From: a virus
DNA: 64,000 nucleotides
Strand: one strand, 5' to 3'
Virus record (IMG/VR): IMGVR_UViG_3300045988_150292
Coordinates: 14,386 to 78,385 of that record
Below are positions 48,713 through 56,614 of this stretch, piece by piece. Each line of letters starts with the position of its first letter. The stretch's first letter is position 1. Position numbers and translations under genes: made by a program. The notes under the pieces were generated by a model. The model was given only the letters and a program-made list of their open reading frames with translations, was not told the origin of the DNA and searched no databases.

Positions 48713-49189
48713 ATGGATATAGCAATAATGAATTATTCGACAGCTGAAATCACAACAATCACAGGCTGTCCCGACAAGTGGGAGAACGAGCAGATCGAAG
48801 AATATCTCTTCAAGAAACTCAATCTCAAAGAGAGTGAAATACACTATATGTGTGCCAAAAGCGTCACCCACAAGACGGAGAAATACCGGACGCTTGAGGT
48901 GTGGCCTCTCCTGGAGCAGTTCCAGGAGCTGAAAGTGAAGCATCCTGATGCCCTGTTGCTCTTCCGTAGCGGCGATTTCTACGAGGCTTATATGGAGGAT
49001 GCAGTGACAGCCGCCAATCTCCTCGGAATAACGCTGACACGCTACAGCAAGCAGGTGGACGGCGAAGGCAAGCCGATAAAACTGGCAGGATTCCCTTATC
49101 ATGCTCTCGACACCTATCTGCCGAAACTCATACGGGCAGGACAGCGGATAGCCATCTGCGACTATACGGATATTCTTCCTGAACGATAG
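48713..49189 (+). CDS. stand-alone MutS domain-I (mismatch-binding domain)-like protein
   Basis: Residues ~70-155, [44 protein letters not shown]...[30 protein letters not shown], align with E. coli MutS residues ~12-95, including the GDFYE Phe-x-Glu motif. Confidence 0.65.
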   Translation: MDIAIMNYSTAEITTITGCPDKWENEQIEEYLFKKLNLKESEIHYMCAKSVTHKTEKYRTLEVWPLLEQFQELKVKHPDALLLFRSGDFYEAYMEDAVTAANLLGITLTRYSKQVDGEGKPIKLAGFPYHALDTYLPKLIRAGQRIAICDYTDILPER

Positions 49190-49251
49190 CCGCAAGCCTT
49201 GAAAGGTGGGGTTGAAAAGCCTCACCGCATACAAACCAAAACTTTAGGAAT

Positions 49252-49680
49252 ATGACAGAACAGGAAATCATCAGGAGGGTGGAGAACGGAGAGAAGTTCT
49301 TCATAAACCTCGAAAAGCGCACTCTGCGCATCGCAAACCACCTCGTTGACCTCAAGGAGGTGGAGATGCCCGAATACGACGGCGACGTGTTGAAGGAGAT
49401 AGAGAGGAGATACAGGATATACAAGCACTCCGTCCCCTCCGAACGCTCTGAGTCCCACCGTCGCAGGTATTTCAAGGCTCTGCCGGAAAGTAAGCTGTCC
49501 GACGAGGCGATGATGTACGGAGAGCAGCGTGAGGTCGCACGGTGCAGCCTTGAGCTATTCGTCCTTATGGCAATAGTCAGAGGCATCCTCACATGGCACG
49601 AGGAATGGGGCTCGTGGTTCTGGCAGTCATCTGCCGACAAAGACCTCATATTGTTCCGCCAATGGATTGGCGCAGAATAG
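49252..49680 (+). CDS. hypothetical protein
   Basis: 142 aa, leader motif upstream. Confidence 0.55.
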   Translation: MTEQEIIRRVENGEKFFINLEKRTLRIANHLVDLKEVEMPEYDGDVLKEIERRYRIYKHSVPSERSESHRRRYFKALPESKLSDEAMMYGEQREVARCSLELFVLMAIVRGILTWHEEWGSWFWQSSADKDLILFRQWIGAE

Positions 49681-49752
49681 CCGGAACGGGCAGGGTTCGT
49701 CCCTGTCCTCACGAATTAACAAACCTTTTTTATTAATTAATTTTTTTGAATT

Positions 49753-50754
49753 ATGAAACGAAACGTAATGATTTCAGGTGAGTTCACTATGACTGAGTTG
49801 GAAAACAAGGCGACAGACAACGGCAAGAAGACCGCCGTCAAGACTGCGGCTGCACGCATAGCGGCCCTCAAGGCTGCCGGCATCGACACTTCAAACTATT
49901 TCTCTCTCGGAGAGCAGATGGTGGTCAAGGTCGTTGACGGAGTGCCTGTAGAGGTCACTGACGATGATCCCGTGTTCAACAAGATCAAGACCGGGGGATA
50001 TATCAGCCACTACAAGCTCTTCCGCCGGTGGGTGATGGCACAGATGTTCCGCATCCTGCGCGAAATGGAAGAGCGCAACCTCAGTTTCAACAAGGTGCTG
50101 CAGGGCTTCGGCTACGAATACCAGTGGCGCATGGTCGAAAACGAGTTTCTCGCACAGATGAAGATGTTCCGCCACGGAGACACAAGCTGCCTCAAGCAGC
50201 GTAAGCTCTTCTTTGACGGCAAGACTCTGGCTGACATGATAGACGATTATATCGACAAGCTGAAAGCCTACATTGAAGACAATCTCATGTATAGTACTGA
50301 CAAGCATGGTGTCCGCAGACCGAAGCACACGTGCAAGGGAATGCCTTATGTGCGTCTCAACAACGTCAACATCTTCGTGGATGACCTTAATACGAAAGTA
50401 TACAGACCGTTCAGGGAGATGGCATCCATTGCCACACACACCACCAATCCGGAGGAACTTTACAAAATCGTGGCAGCGTTCAACAAGAAACACAGGCATC
50501 TGTGCCACATCACGAAACACTCTTCAGCGTTCATCAACGCCTACAAGGGAGCAGGAGCGTATTTCACGATGCGCAACCTCATAATGTTCCACGGCGCACG
50601 TTTCCTCGGCATGAGCGAGAGCCGGTCTCTTGAGCATGTCGATGCCAAGGCGAACGCTTACAGAGAGGAGGGATGGCGCATGATGGGTGTTCTCAAGCAG
50701 CTCATCGCCGTTTCCCACATCTCCGTTGAAGCGAAAATCAAAGAGTGGGAATAA
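49753..50754 (+). CDS. hypothetical protein immediately upstream of the RT
   Basis: 333 aa, variant leader. No motif recognised. Confidence 0.6.
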   Translation: MKRNVMISGEFTMTELENKATDNGKKTAVKTAAARIAALKAAGIDTSNYFSLGEQMVVKVVDGVPVEVTDDDPVFNKIKTGGYISHYKLFRRWVMAQMFRILREMEERNLSFNKVLQGFGYEYQWRMVENEFLAQMKMFRHGDTSCLKQRKLFFDGKTLADMIDDYIDKLKAYIEDNLMYSTDKHGVRRPKHTCKGMPYVRLNNVNIFVDDLNTKVYRPFREMASIATHTTNPEELYKIVAAFNKKHRHLCHITKHSSAFINAYKGAGAYFTMRNLIMFHGARFLGMSESRSLEHVDAKANAYREEGWRMMGVLKQLIAVSHISVEAKIKEWE

Positions 50755-50986
50755 CACGCTCTCCTGAAGCCGACAGCGTGCGGTGGGCAGGCATTCTTTA
50801 CAGAAGCTCGTTTAAGCGGATCTCTCTACCTGGAGCATCTCCAGGTTCCGTGATCCCCCAAGAGGAGCTTCTACAATCAGAAACTTGCAGCGAGGCTCCA
50901 AGCCTGCGGCCGCACACAAGCCTAACGGCCCGTCACCGTCAAAAGTGGCGGGCTTCTTAGTATAAACCATTAAGACAAACAGAATT

Positions 50987-52252
50987 ATGAAAGAAGACAA
51001 AATCCTTGATATGTTCTTCGAGCCCGAACGCTGGCAGTACGCCATCGCAAAGGGTGTAGACAAGGACATAAACAAAGCTACATTGTATCAGCTCACAACT
51101 CCTGAGGCTCGCTCGCTAATGTATCAGCGGATGCGCGACGGACAATACAAGATAATGCCTCCGCACACGGCTGAGATACCGAAAGACAACGGCGATTTCC
51201 GCACGGTTTACGTAAATGAACCCTGCGACCGCGTAGTCCTTTCCATCGCCAACGACCTCTTCTTCGAGCTGATGCCCGAAATGCTCCACCCACGCTGCAA
51301 GTCCTACCAGAAAGGTATAGGCTGCGGAAAGGTGGTGCAGGAGGTGTCACGCCGCATCTGCAATGCCGGAGGAAAGACTGTCGGATGGAAGTCCGACCTC
51401 TCCAAATACTTCGATTCCGTCCCTCTCTCATTCATAGACAGGGCATTCGACAGGATAGAGGAGAAATACGGAAAATCGGCGCTCGTCGCCATTGTCCGCG
51501 ACTATTACCACTCCGACCTCTACTTCGACACACAGGGCAACCTGTGCCGCAGCTACCAGTCCCTCAAGCAGGGATGTGCCGTGGCTGCATGGCTCGCCGA
51601 CGTGGTCCTCTGTCATATAGACGAGCGTCTGTCCGGTCTCAACGGATATTATGTCCGCTATTCCGACGACACCCTGTATGTCGGAGAGGACTATGAAGAG
51701 GCGATGCGCATAATGCAGGAGGAACTGGCGGTAATGCAGATGAAACTCAACCCCAGGAAGGTTGAATATCTCGATGCGGACCACTGGTTCAAGTTCCTCG
51801 GATATTCCATCAAGGGGAGCTGCATCTCATTGTCTTCCTCGCGCATCAAGACTTTCCAGAAGGAAATAGAGCGCAGGACGATAAGGAAGCGCAACAATAC
51901 CTTCACACGTGCCGTGAACGCCGTAAACCGCTATCTCTACAAGGGGTACGGGGAATTTTCGTGGGCTACGCAGGTACTGCCGGTCATCAACGTTAAAGAG
52001 GACATCGACAAGCTCAACGCCTTCGTCATGGACTGCCTCCGTGCCGTCCATACGGGCAAGAGCAAGGTCGGCGGACTCGGATATGTCAAGACACAGGCAG
52101 TGGGATGCGTTGACCGCGGACGTGGCAGGAATGTCACGGCGAACAGGAGCAAGACGGAGAGCGAAATCAGAGGCTATCTATCAATAGGCTGCGCACGTAA
52201 CGCCATGCTCACAAGCAGGGCAGCGTACAGCATGTTGGTGGCAAACCTCTGA
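50987..52252 (+). CDS. reverse transcriptase (free-standing, group-II-intron-like/G2L-like palm motifs)
   Basis: IPKDNGDFRTVYV; WKSDLSKYFDSV; SLKQGCAVAAWLAD; YVRYSDDTLYV; MKLNPRK; FKFLGYSI. Confidence 0.85.
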   Translation: MKEDKILDMFFEPERWQYAIAKGVDKDINKATLYQLTTPEARSLMYQRMRDGQYKIMPPHTAEIPKDNGDFRTVYVNEPCDRVVLSIANDLFFELMPEMLHPRCKSYQKGIGCGKVVQEVSRRICNAGGKTVGWKSDLSKYFDSVPLSFIDRAFDRIEEKYGKSALVAIVRDYYHSDLYFDTQGNLCRSYQSLKQGCAVAAWLADVVLCHIDERLSGLNGYYVRYSDDTLYVGEDYEEAMRIMQEELAVMQMKLNPRKVEYLDADHWFKFLGYSIKGSCISLSSSRIKTFQKEIERRTIRKRNNTFTRAVNAVNRYLYKGYGEFSWATQVLPVINVKEDIDKLNAFVMDCLRAVHTGKSKVGGLGYVKTQAVGCVDRGRGRNVTANRSKTESEIRGYLSIGCARNAMLTSRAAYSMLVANL

Positions 52253-53240
52253 CACCTCTCTCCGTTTCCGGGCACACGGACCGGGGAGTAGGACGGACAG
52301 AGTTTAATTTCCTGCCTCAATGACGGCAAGGTACCTTGAGAGATTCTCCAAGGTACCTTACTCGCCCAAGGCAGGCAATATCATCACATTATTTTCATGT
52401 GCCGGTCCGTAACTCTCCCCACATGCGGCGCACACCGCCCCATCCCGACGAATGGCTCACGTTCATATATCCGGTTCTTAACCAGAGATAGAGGTTCCTG
52501 ATCTCAATCTCATTACTGAAAGGAGTTCAGGATCCTCGATTTCTGGCAGACCGGCTATAAATCGCTCCATTACAGCAATGTGCCAAGCCAAAGGTCGGAA
52601 CACCATCCGTGGACGCGGACCGTCTGCCTGCCTGCCTCATTTAACATCTCTGGATACAATCCACCGGCATCCACCGGGAAACTCCCCGTTACTGTCCGGT
52701 GTCCATCCAGACATTATCTGTATAATACAGAAACGTCCCATCAGACAGGGGGAGACGGATTTTCATTGCCGAAAAAGACACACAAGTGGAAACGCTTCAA
52801 CAATCCCGTATGAATTGCGGCGGGAGACAAATATCTTTGGTATCCCGCCGCTTGTAACATACTGGATAGTATCTACTGACTACAGCAAGGCAACAATTTC
52901 CTTGAGTGTGTCTACAATACAACCAAAGCCCATTGCAGGGCGTTCCGTCAGGGGCGTGCTATTCATGTGAGTCGTGCAGATATGACGCGTGGAAGGGTAG
53001 AGCCTATCCTTCAACGCGTCATCCGTCACGCCTCTACAATCTATACTCTATACCCCATGCAACACAGCGCCGGAGACGGGACAGGCATTGCAGCCTGAAA
53101 GTGCGCAAGAAGGAACATTCAGGAAAACAGTACGTATAGAATGATAGTCCTGCCAGTCTATCGCCTGGTAGTCCGATTATTCCACTTGACTGTTTTAATC
53201 AACGACATACAGACAAGCAACGCATCCTTTGAGCGCACAC
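52253..53240 (+). ncRNA. candidate structured RNA downstream of the RT (988 nt without credible ORF)
   Basis: No leader motif is present. Helices: 52276-84/52402-10, 52311-17/52369-75, twin AAGGTACCTT at 52328 and 52350, 52817-25/52843-51 and 52984-96/53008-20. Confidence 0.4.
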
Positions 53241-53269
53241 ACATCATTAACATCTTAAACTTTTGGATT

Positions 53270-53674
53270 ATGAAAAGAATCGACAACATCTCCGAAGCTT
53301 ATTCACATAAGCTCACCGCAGCTCCAATCGACGGCAAGAACGTAGTGGAAGAGGCTCTCTTGGAGGCAGTCTTCGACAATTCCGCATTCGTATCAAACAA
53401 GCACGATGACTCCATCGGCTTCATCAACGAATGGCCTGCAAGCGTACATGTGGCAGGAAACGGACTCGTATTGCAGAACCTCAGTTCCTCACTGCATCAC
53501 ATCATCGTGATGCGCAAGGCGGTAGAGAGGCTGACCGGCGATGCCTGCAACGGCATCAATACATACGGCACACTGGCGTATCTCGACGACGAGGAGGCGA
53601 TACCGCTCGTCTATTTCTTCTCCGTCACACCTGCACGGAGCCTGGTGGTGACAATCTTCTATGCTCCTGAATAG
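53270..53674 (+). CDS. hypothetical protein
   Basis: Start moved to MKRIDNISEAY, which fits the leader motif. Confidence 0.55.
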   Translation: MKRIDNISEAYSHKLTAAPIDGKNVVEEALLEAVFDNSAFVSNKHDDSIGFINEWPASVHVAGNGLVLQNLSSSLHHIIVMRKAVERLTGDACNGINTYGTLAYLDDEEAIPLVYFFSVTPARSLVVTIFYAPE

Positions 53675-53754
53675 CCTGCTAATGCCTTTGTCCCTTCCGG
53701 GCAGGGCACTCATTCTGACCATATCATAATTCTATACTAATGTTTTATCTTCGG

Positions 53755-53788
53755 CAGACCCACCGTGAGGTTCGTCTGTCGTATTTTT
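53755..53788 (+). terminator. intrinsic terminator with GTGA tetraloop
   Basis: CAGACCCACC-GTGA-GGTTCGTCTG followed by a T-rich run. Confidence 0.6.
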
Positions 53789-53849
53789 CTTTGAAAATAA
53801 TCATGCGGGATATGCGGAATTCGAAGGATTTTCCGTATATTTGCAATGA

Positions 53850-53904
53850 AATTTTAGATATAATGCAGCAGTCGGGACCCGCCGTGAGGTTCGTTCCGGT
53901 TTTT
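53850..53904 (+). ncRNA. candidate ~55-nt small RNA (promoter-like box to second GTGA-loop terminator)
   Basis: TATATTTG at 53836-53843. A homologous terminator CGGGACCCGCC-GTGA-GGTTCGTTCCG plus T-run lies at 53873-53904. Confidence 0.25.
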
Positions 53905-53969
53905 ACTATTCAAACACATGTCGAAAGGCCGTAAGGCACAATTTTCAAACCTTAAAATTTAGAAAGAAT

Positions 53970-54377
53970 ATGGCAAAAAAAGTAATTTTCGCAGACAACA
54001 TCCTCAGAGCGAAAGGTATCAGCAAAAGGAATTTCGACACCTCTGAACTCAATGAATTGGTAGAGGACTTTTTCATGACACATGAAGCCAATGCCAGGTT
54101 CATGATAGTTTCCGTCAGGTTCGCAGACAGGGAAGGTATGCCCGACAGCGGCATCGAGAACCATCTCGGCAGCTCCTTCTATCAGTGGCTTTTTAACGGT
54201 GAACAAGACGATTTCCTTAATCTGAGAAAGAACAAGGATTACAATCTTCCGATGATCATCATCGACGAGCCGTTCATCAAGAACGTCGCGTCTTATCTCC
54301 GCTCGATATGCGGGTTCACCGTCAAGCGCTCGAAGGACGTCCAGCCCGAGGCTTACGTTGTCTCGCTGCCGTTGTGA
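53970..54377 (+). CDS. hypothetical protein
   Basis: 135 aa, leader motif upstream. Confidence 0.55.
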   Translation: MAKKVIFADNILRAKGISKRNFDTSELNELVEDFFMTHEANARFMIVSVRFADREGMPDSGIENHLGSSFYQWLFNGEQDDFLNLRKNKDYNLPMIIIDEPFIKNVASYLRSICGFTVKRSKDVQPEAYVVSLPL

Positions 54378-54466
54378 TGCAGCCTTAAATGTGCAGAAAT
54401 AGTCGTGTTATCATATAATATTACTATCTTTGCACAACACATACTAACCCTTAAAACATTGGAATT

Positions 54467-55435
54467 ATGAAACAGGAAAAGCAGAAAGGATGGGAAGACC
54501 TTCTTTCCGAACCGCAGATCGAGAAGTACTCCAACGCCATCCGCCAGGGTTATTTCGACGACTACCACGGCAACGAATGGCGCCACACCTTCTACGGGGC
54601 ATGGATATGGAAACACCCGAACCGTGTCAAGGCAGTGTCGCGCTTCCGCGACCTCGTCGGGCATCTGCCTCAATGGGAGGATGTCACGGAAGACAATCTC
54701 CGTGATTTCCGCATGGAGCTCGACGACAACTACGCCCCCAACTCCGTGAAGACCATCTGCGCAGAGCTCTCGGCGATAATCCGGGCACACGGCGACAAGA
54801 ACATACCGCTTGATTTCAGCGGTCTCACGCGGATAATGAAGATGAAGAAGGTGCCTTCCGTCTCCACATACCTCACGATGCATGAGGTGGAGAAGATAAA
54901 CATGTATCACCCCCGTTCCGTCTACACCAGACTGGTAAAGCGCATCTTCATGATAGAGTGCCTCACGGGTGCAAGGTGGTGCGACTGCCTGCGCATGTCA
55001 CCGGACAACATCACGGAGCTTGACGGAGTGCCCTACATCCGGTACATCGCACAGAAGACACAGACCGAGGTGATGGTGCCGGTACATAGGCTGCTGCCAC
55101 AGTATCTCGTCAGGACTCCATTGGAACCCACGCAGCCCGACCTCTCGTTCTACAACAAGACCCTGCGCAAGATATGCCGATACTGCGGTGTCGTCTCGTG
55201 GGTCAAGGTGTTCAAGGGGGGCAAGGAGTATGCAGGGCGCAAATACAATTTCGTGTCCTCGCATACAGGCAGGCGCACCTTTGCCACCAACCTGGCGCAG
55301 AAGGGCGTTACACTTGAGCAGATTGCGCTCATGATGGGACACATGAACGGCAACGTGCCTAACATCGAAATGACAAAACGCTACGTGTGCGAAAAACTGG
55401 AGATTGACAAGAAGGTGCTCAAGTTCTTCCAGTGA
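54467..55435 (+). CDS. tyrosine recombinase (second, array-embedded)
   Basis: TGARWCD (Arg), SSHTGRRTFAT (H-x-x-R), MMGH and TKRYV (Tyr). 322 aa, leader motif upstream. Confidence 0.8.
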   Translation: MKQEKQKGWEDLLSEPQIEKYSNAIRQGYFDDYHGNEWRHTFYGAWIWKHPNRVKAVSRFRDLVGHLPQWEDVTEDNLRDFRMELDDNYAPNSVKTICAELSAIIRAHGDKNIPLDFSGLTRIMKMKKVPSVSTYLTMHEVEKINMYHPRSVYTRLVKRIFMIECLTGARWCDCLRMSPDNITELDGVPYIRYIAQKTQTEVMVPVHRLLPQYLVRTPLEPTQPDLSFYNKTLRKICRYCGVVSWVKVFKGGKEYAGRKYNFVSSHTGRRTFATNLAQKGVTLEQIALMMGHMNGNVPNIEMTKRYVCEKLEIDKKVLKFFQ

Positions 55436-55508
55436 GCATCCGAAGCCTCAAAAGGTGCAGTCCATACGGCTGCACCGCAATTCATCAACCTTTTAAATTT
55501 GAAAGAAT

Positions 55509-55967
55509 ATGTATATGCTTGAACAATTCAGAAAAATGTCCGAAGAGGAACTTGACAAGGAAATCAGACGAGTAAGAGAACACTACGAGAACGAGGAGCT
55601 TTCCGAGCTCTACCGCAAGGCGGCGGACTACGAGATCCGCACCTACGAGGAGATGAAGAGCGAACTGCGCTACCTTGACCGTCGCTATCAGGACGATATG
55701 ATGGAACGGGGCAGAAATGTTTGTGACGGCGAGTTCTGCGATTTCTTCATCGGCTGCCTGACCGATGCGGAGAAACACTCCAGTCTCCAGCTCCACGCTA
55801 TCGAGTGGTGCAAAATCCGGGGCGTGCTCTCCGACCTGCACCGTCCGCATTTCGAGAACGAGGACGGCGAGCGGTGCGACGAATACGGACGGCCTCTCAC
55901 TGCCGACGGAGAGCACTACATCGGTGAAATCATCGAAGGCGGCAAGTTCCGGGACAGAAAAAAATGA
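55509..55967 (+). CDS. hypothetical protein
   Basis: 152 aa, leader motif upstream. Confidence 0.55.
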   Translation: MYMLEQFRKMSEEELDKEIRRVREHYENEELSELYRKAADYEIRTYEEMKSELRYLDRRYQDDMMERGRNVCDGEFCDFFIGCLTDAEKHSSLQLHAIEWCKIRGVLSDLHRPHFENEDGERCDEYGRPLTADGEHYIGEIIEGGKFRDRKK

Positions 55968-56031
55968 CCCCATTGGCCTTAAAAGGGAGCCTTCCGGCTC
56001 CCACTTTGTCTAACATTTAAAACATCCTGAT

Positions 56032-56244
56032 ATGAAAGCAGTAAATCATTATGTTGCGTGGCTCGAATACAAAGGTCAGCGCAGCGCACGTTACCAGGGC
56101 TTCGCAGAAAGTCTTGACGAGTTTCGCCGGATGTGCGAGGAGAAGCATTTCAACCTCGACGAAACCGACGAAGTTGAGTGTATCAAGAAAGACGCGAGGA
56201 ATGCCGTTGGCAGACCATGCGAGAAAATTGTAACAGAGTATTAA
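56032..56244 (+). CDS. hypothetical protein
   Basis: 70 aa, hairpin 55984-56003 and leader upstream. Confidence 0.5.
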   Translation: MKAVNHYVAWLEYKGQRSARYQGFAESLDEFRRMCEEKHFNLDETDEVECIKKDARNAVGRPCEKIVTEY

Positions 56245-56265
56245 CATTTAGTAAAGCGAAAAAAT

Positions 56266-56583
56266 ATGATTACCAACGAATTGGCAAAACAGCTTATTGA
56301 GCAGGCTGAGTATAATTGCTCTGGCGAAAAAGTAGAGTACAACATAGATGACATACAGGCGCTCAGTGAAGACGGCGCCTATCTCGTCTTTGCATCATCC
56401 GAGTCTTGCAAGACATCTTTCGTTTGCTACGAGGATGGTACGGCATATTTCCTCAGCGACTGGCAGAGTTGTTACCCTGCAAGCGAAGATGCAATTTCCG
56501 AGTTCAACAACTGGGTTACGATTGACTGGAAGGAGTCACCCGTGATTTTCAATGGCCTCCCAAGAGTTTTATCCGATTTGTAA
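56266..56583 (+). CDS. hypothetical protein
   Basis: 105-aa ORF. Confidence 0.5.
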   Translation: MITNELAKQLIEQAEYNCSGEKVEYNIDDIQALSEDGAYLVFASSESCKTSFVCYEDGTAYFLSDWQSCYPASEDAISEFNNWVTIDWKESPVIFNGLPRVLSDL

Positions 56584-56614
56584 AATTTGTTTTATAAATA
56601 AAAAAAATACAATT

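Larger units (their letters stand above)
42483..56031 (+). repeat. family of ~19 hairpin + conserved leader units (..CAT-n-TAACC-n-TAAAA-n-AGAATT-ATG) preceding accessory genes
   Basis: Hand alignment of the 30-35 nt upstream of the starts at 42533, 43283, 43666, 44059, 44485, 46116, 47124, 47850, 48112, 48435, 48713, 49252, 49753, 50987, 53270, 53970, 54467, 55509 and 56032. Confidence 0.75.

Noticed and set aside
48692-50520. Minus-strand ORFs 48692-49234, 49128-49712 and 49891-50520.
   Set aside because: They are antisense to plus-strand genes that carry the conserved leader and, for 48713-49189, clear MutS-I similarity.
52578-52970. 130-aa plus-strand ORF inside the RT-downstream region.
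   Set aside because: It has no leader motif. Its composition (Arg/His/Pro/Cys/Ser-rich, MCQAKGRNTIRGRGPSACLPHL...) is unlike the other proteins here. An ORF of this length is not very improbable by chance in 1 kb read in six frames.
42277-53030. Shared 10-mer ATCCGTCACG between the two non-coding islands (42277 and 53021).
   Set aside because: Roughly one chance 10-mer match is expected between two regions of ~0.7 and ~1 kb, so this is not evidence of relatedness.
52911-53040. DRT2/Neo-like rolling-circle template bounded by the two TCTACAAT copies.
   Set aside because: The unit is 122 nt, which is not a multiple of 3. One plus-strand frame has three stops and the minus strand has stops in several frames, so no endless ORF could arise from concatemers of this unit.
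50755-53269. RT as the intron-encoded protein of a group II intron.
   Set aside because: The RT is flanked upstream by an ordinary coding gene and its own leader. No domain-V-like hairpin (AGC stem, GNRA loop, 2-nt bulge) was found downstream, and no GUGYG boundary sits adjacent to the RT.
42483-56031. Integron-like cassette array (the TAAC of the leader resembles the RYYYAAC inverse core of attC; a tyrosine recombinase is present).
   Set aside because: No paired GTTRRRY core closes the hairpins. The hairpins lie 5' of the TAAC rather than between two cores. The recombinase is co-directional and internal rather than divergent with an attI. The locus is kept only as a loose 'cassette-like' description.
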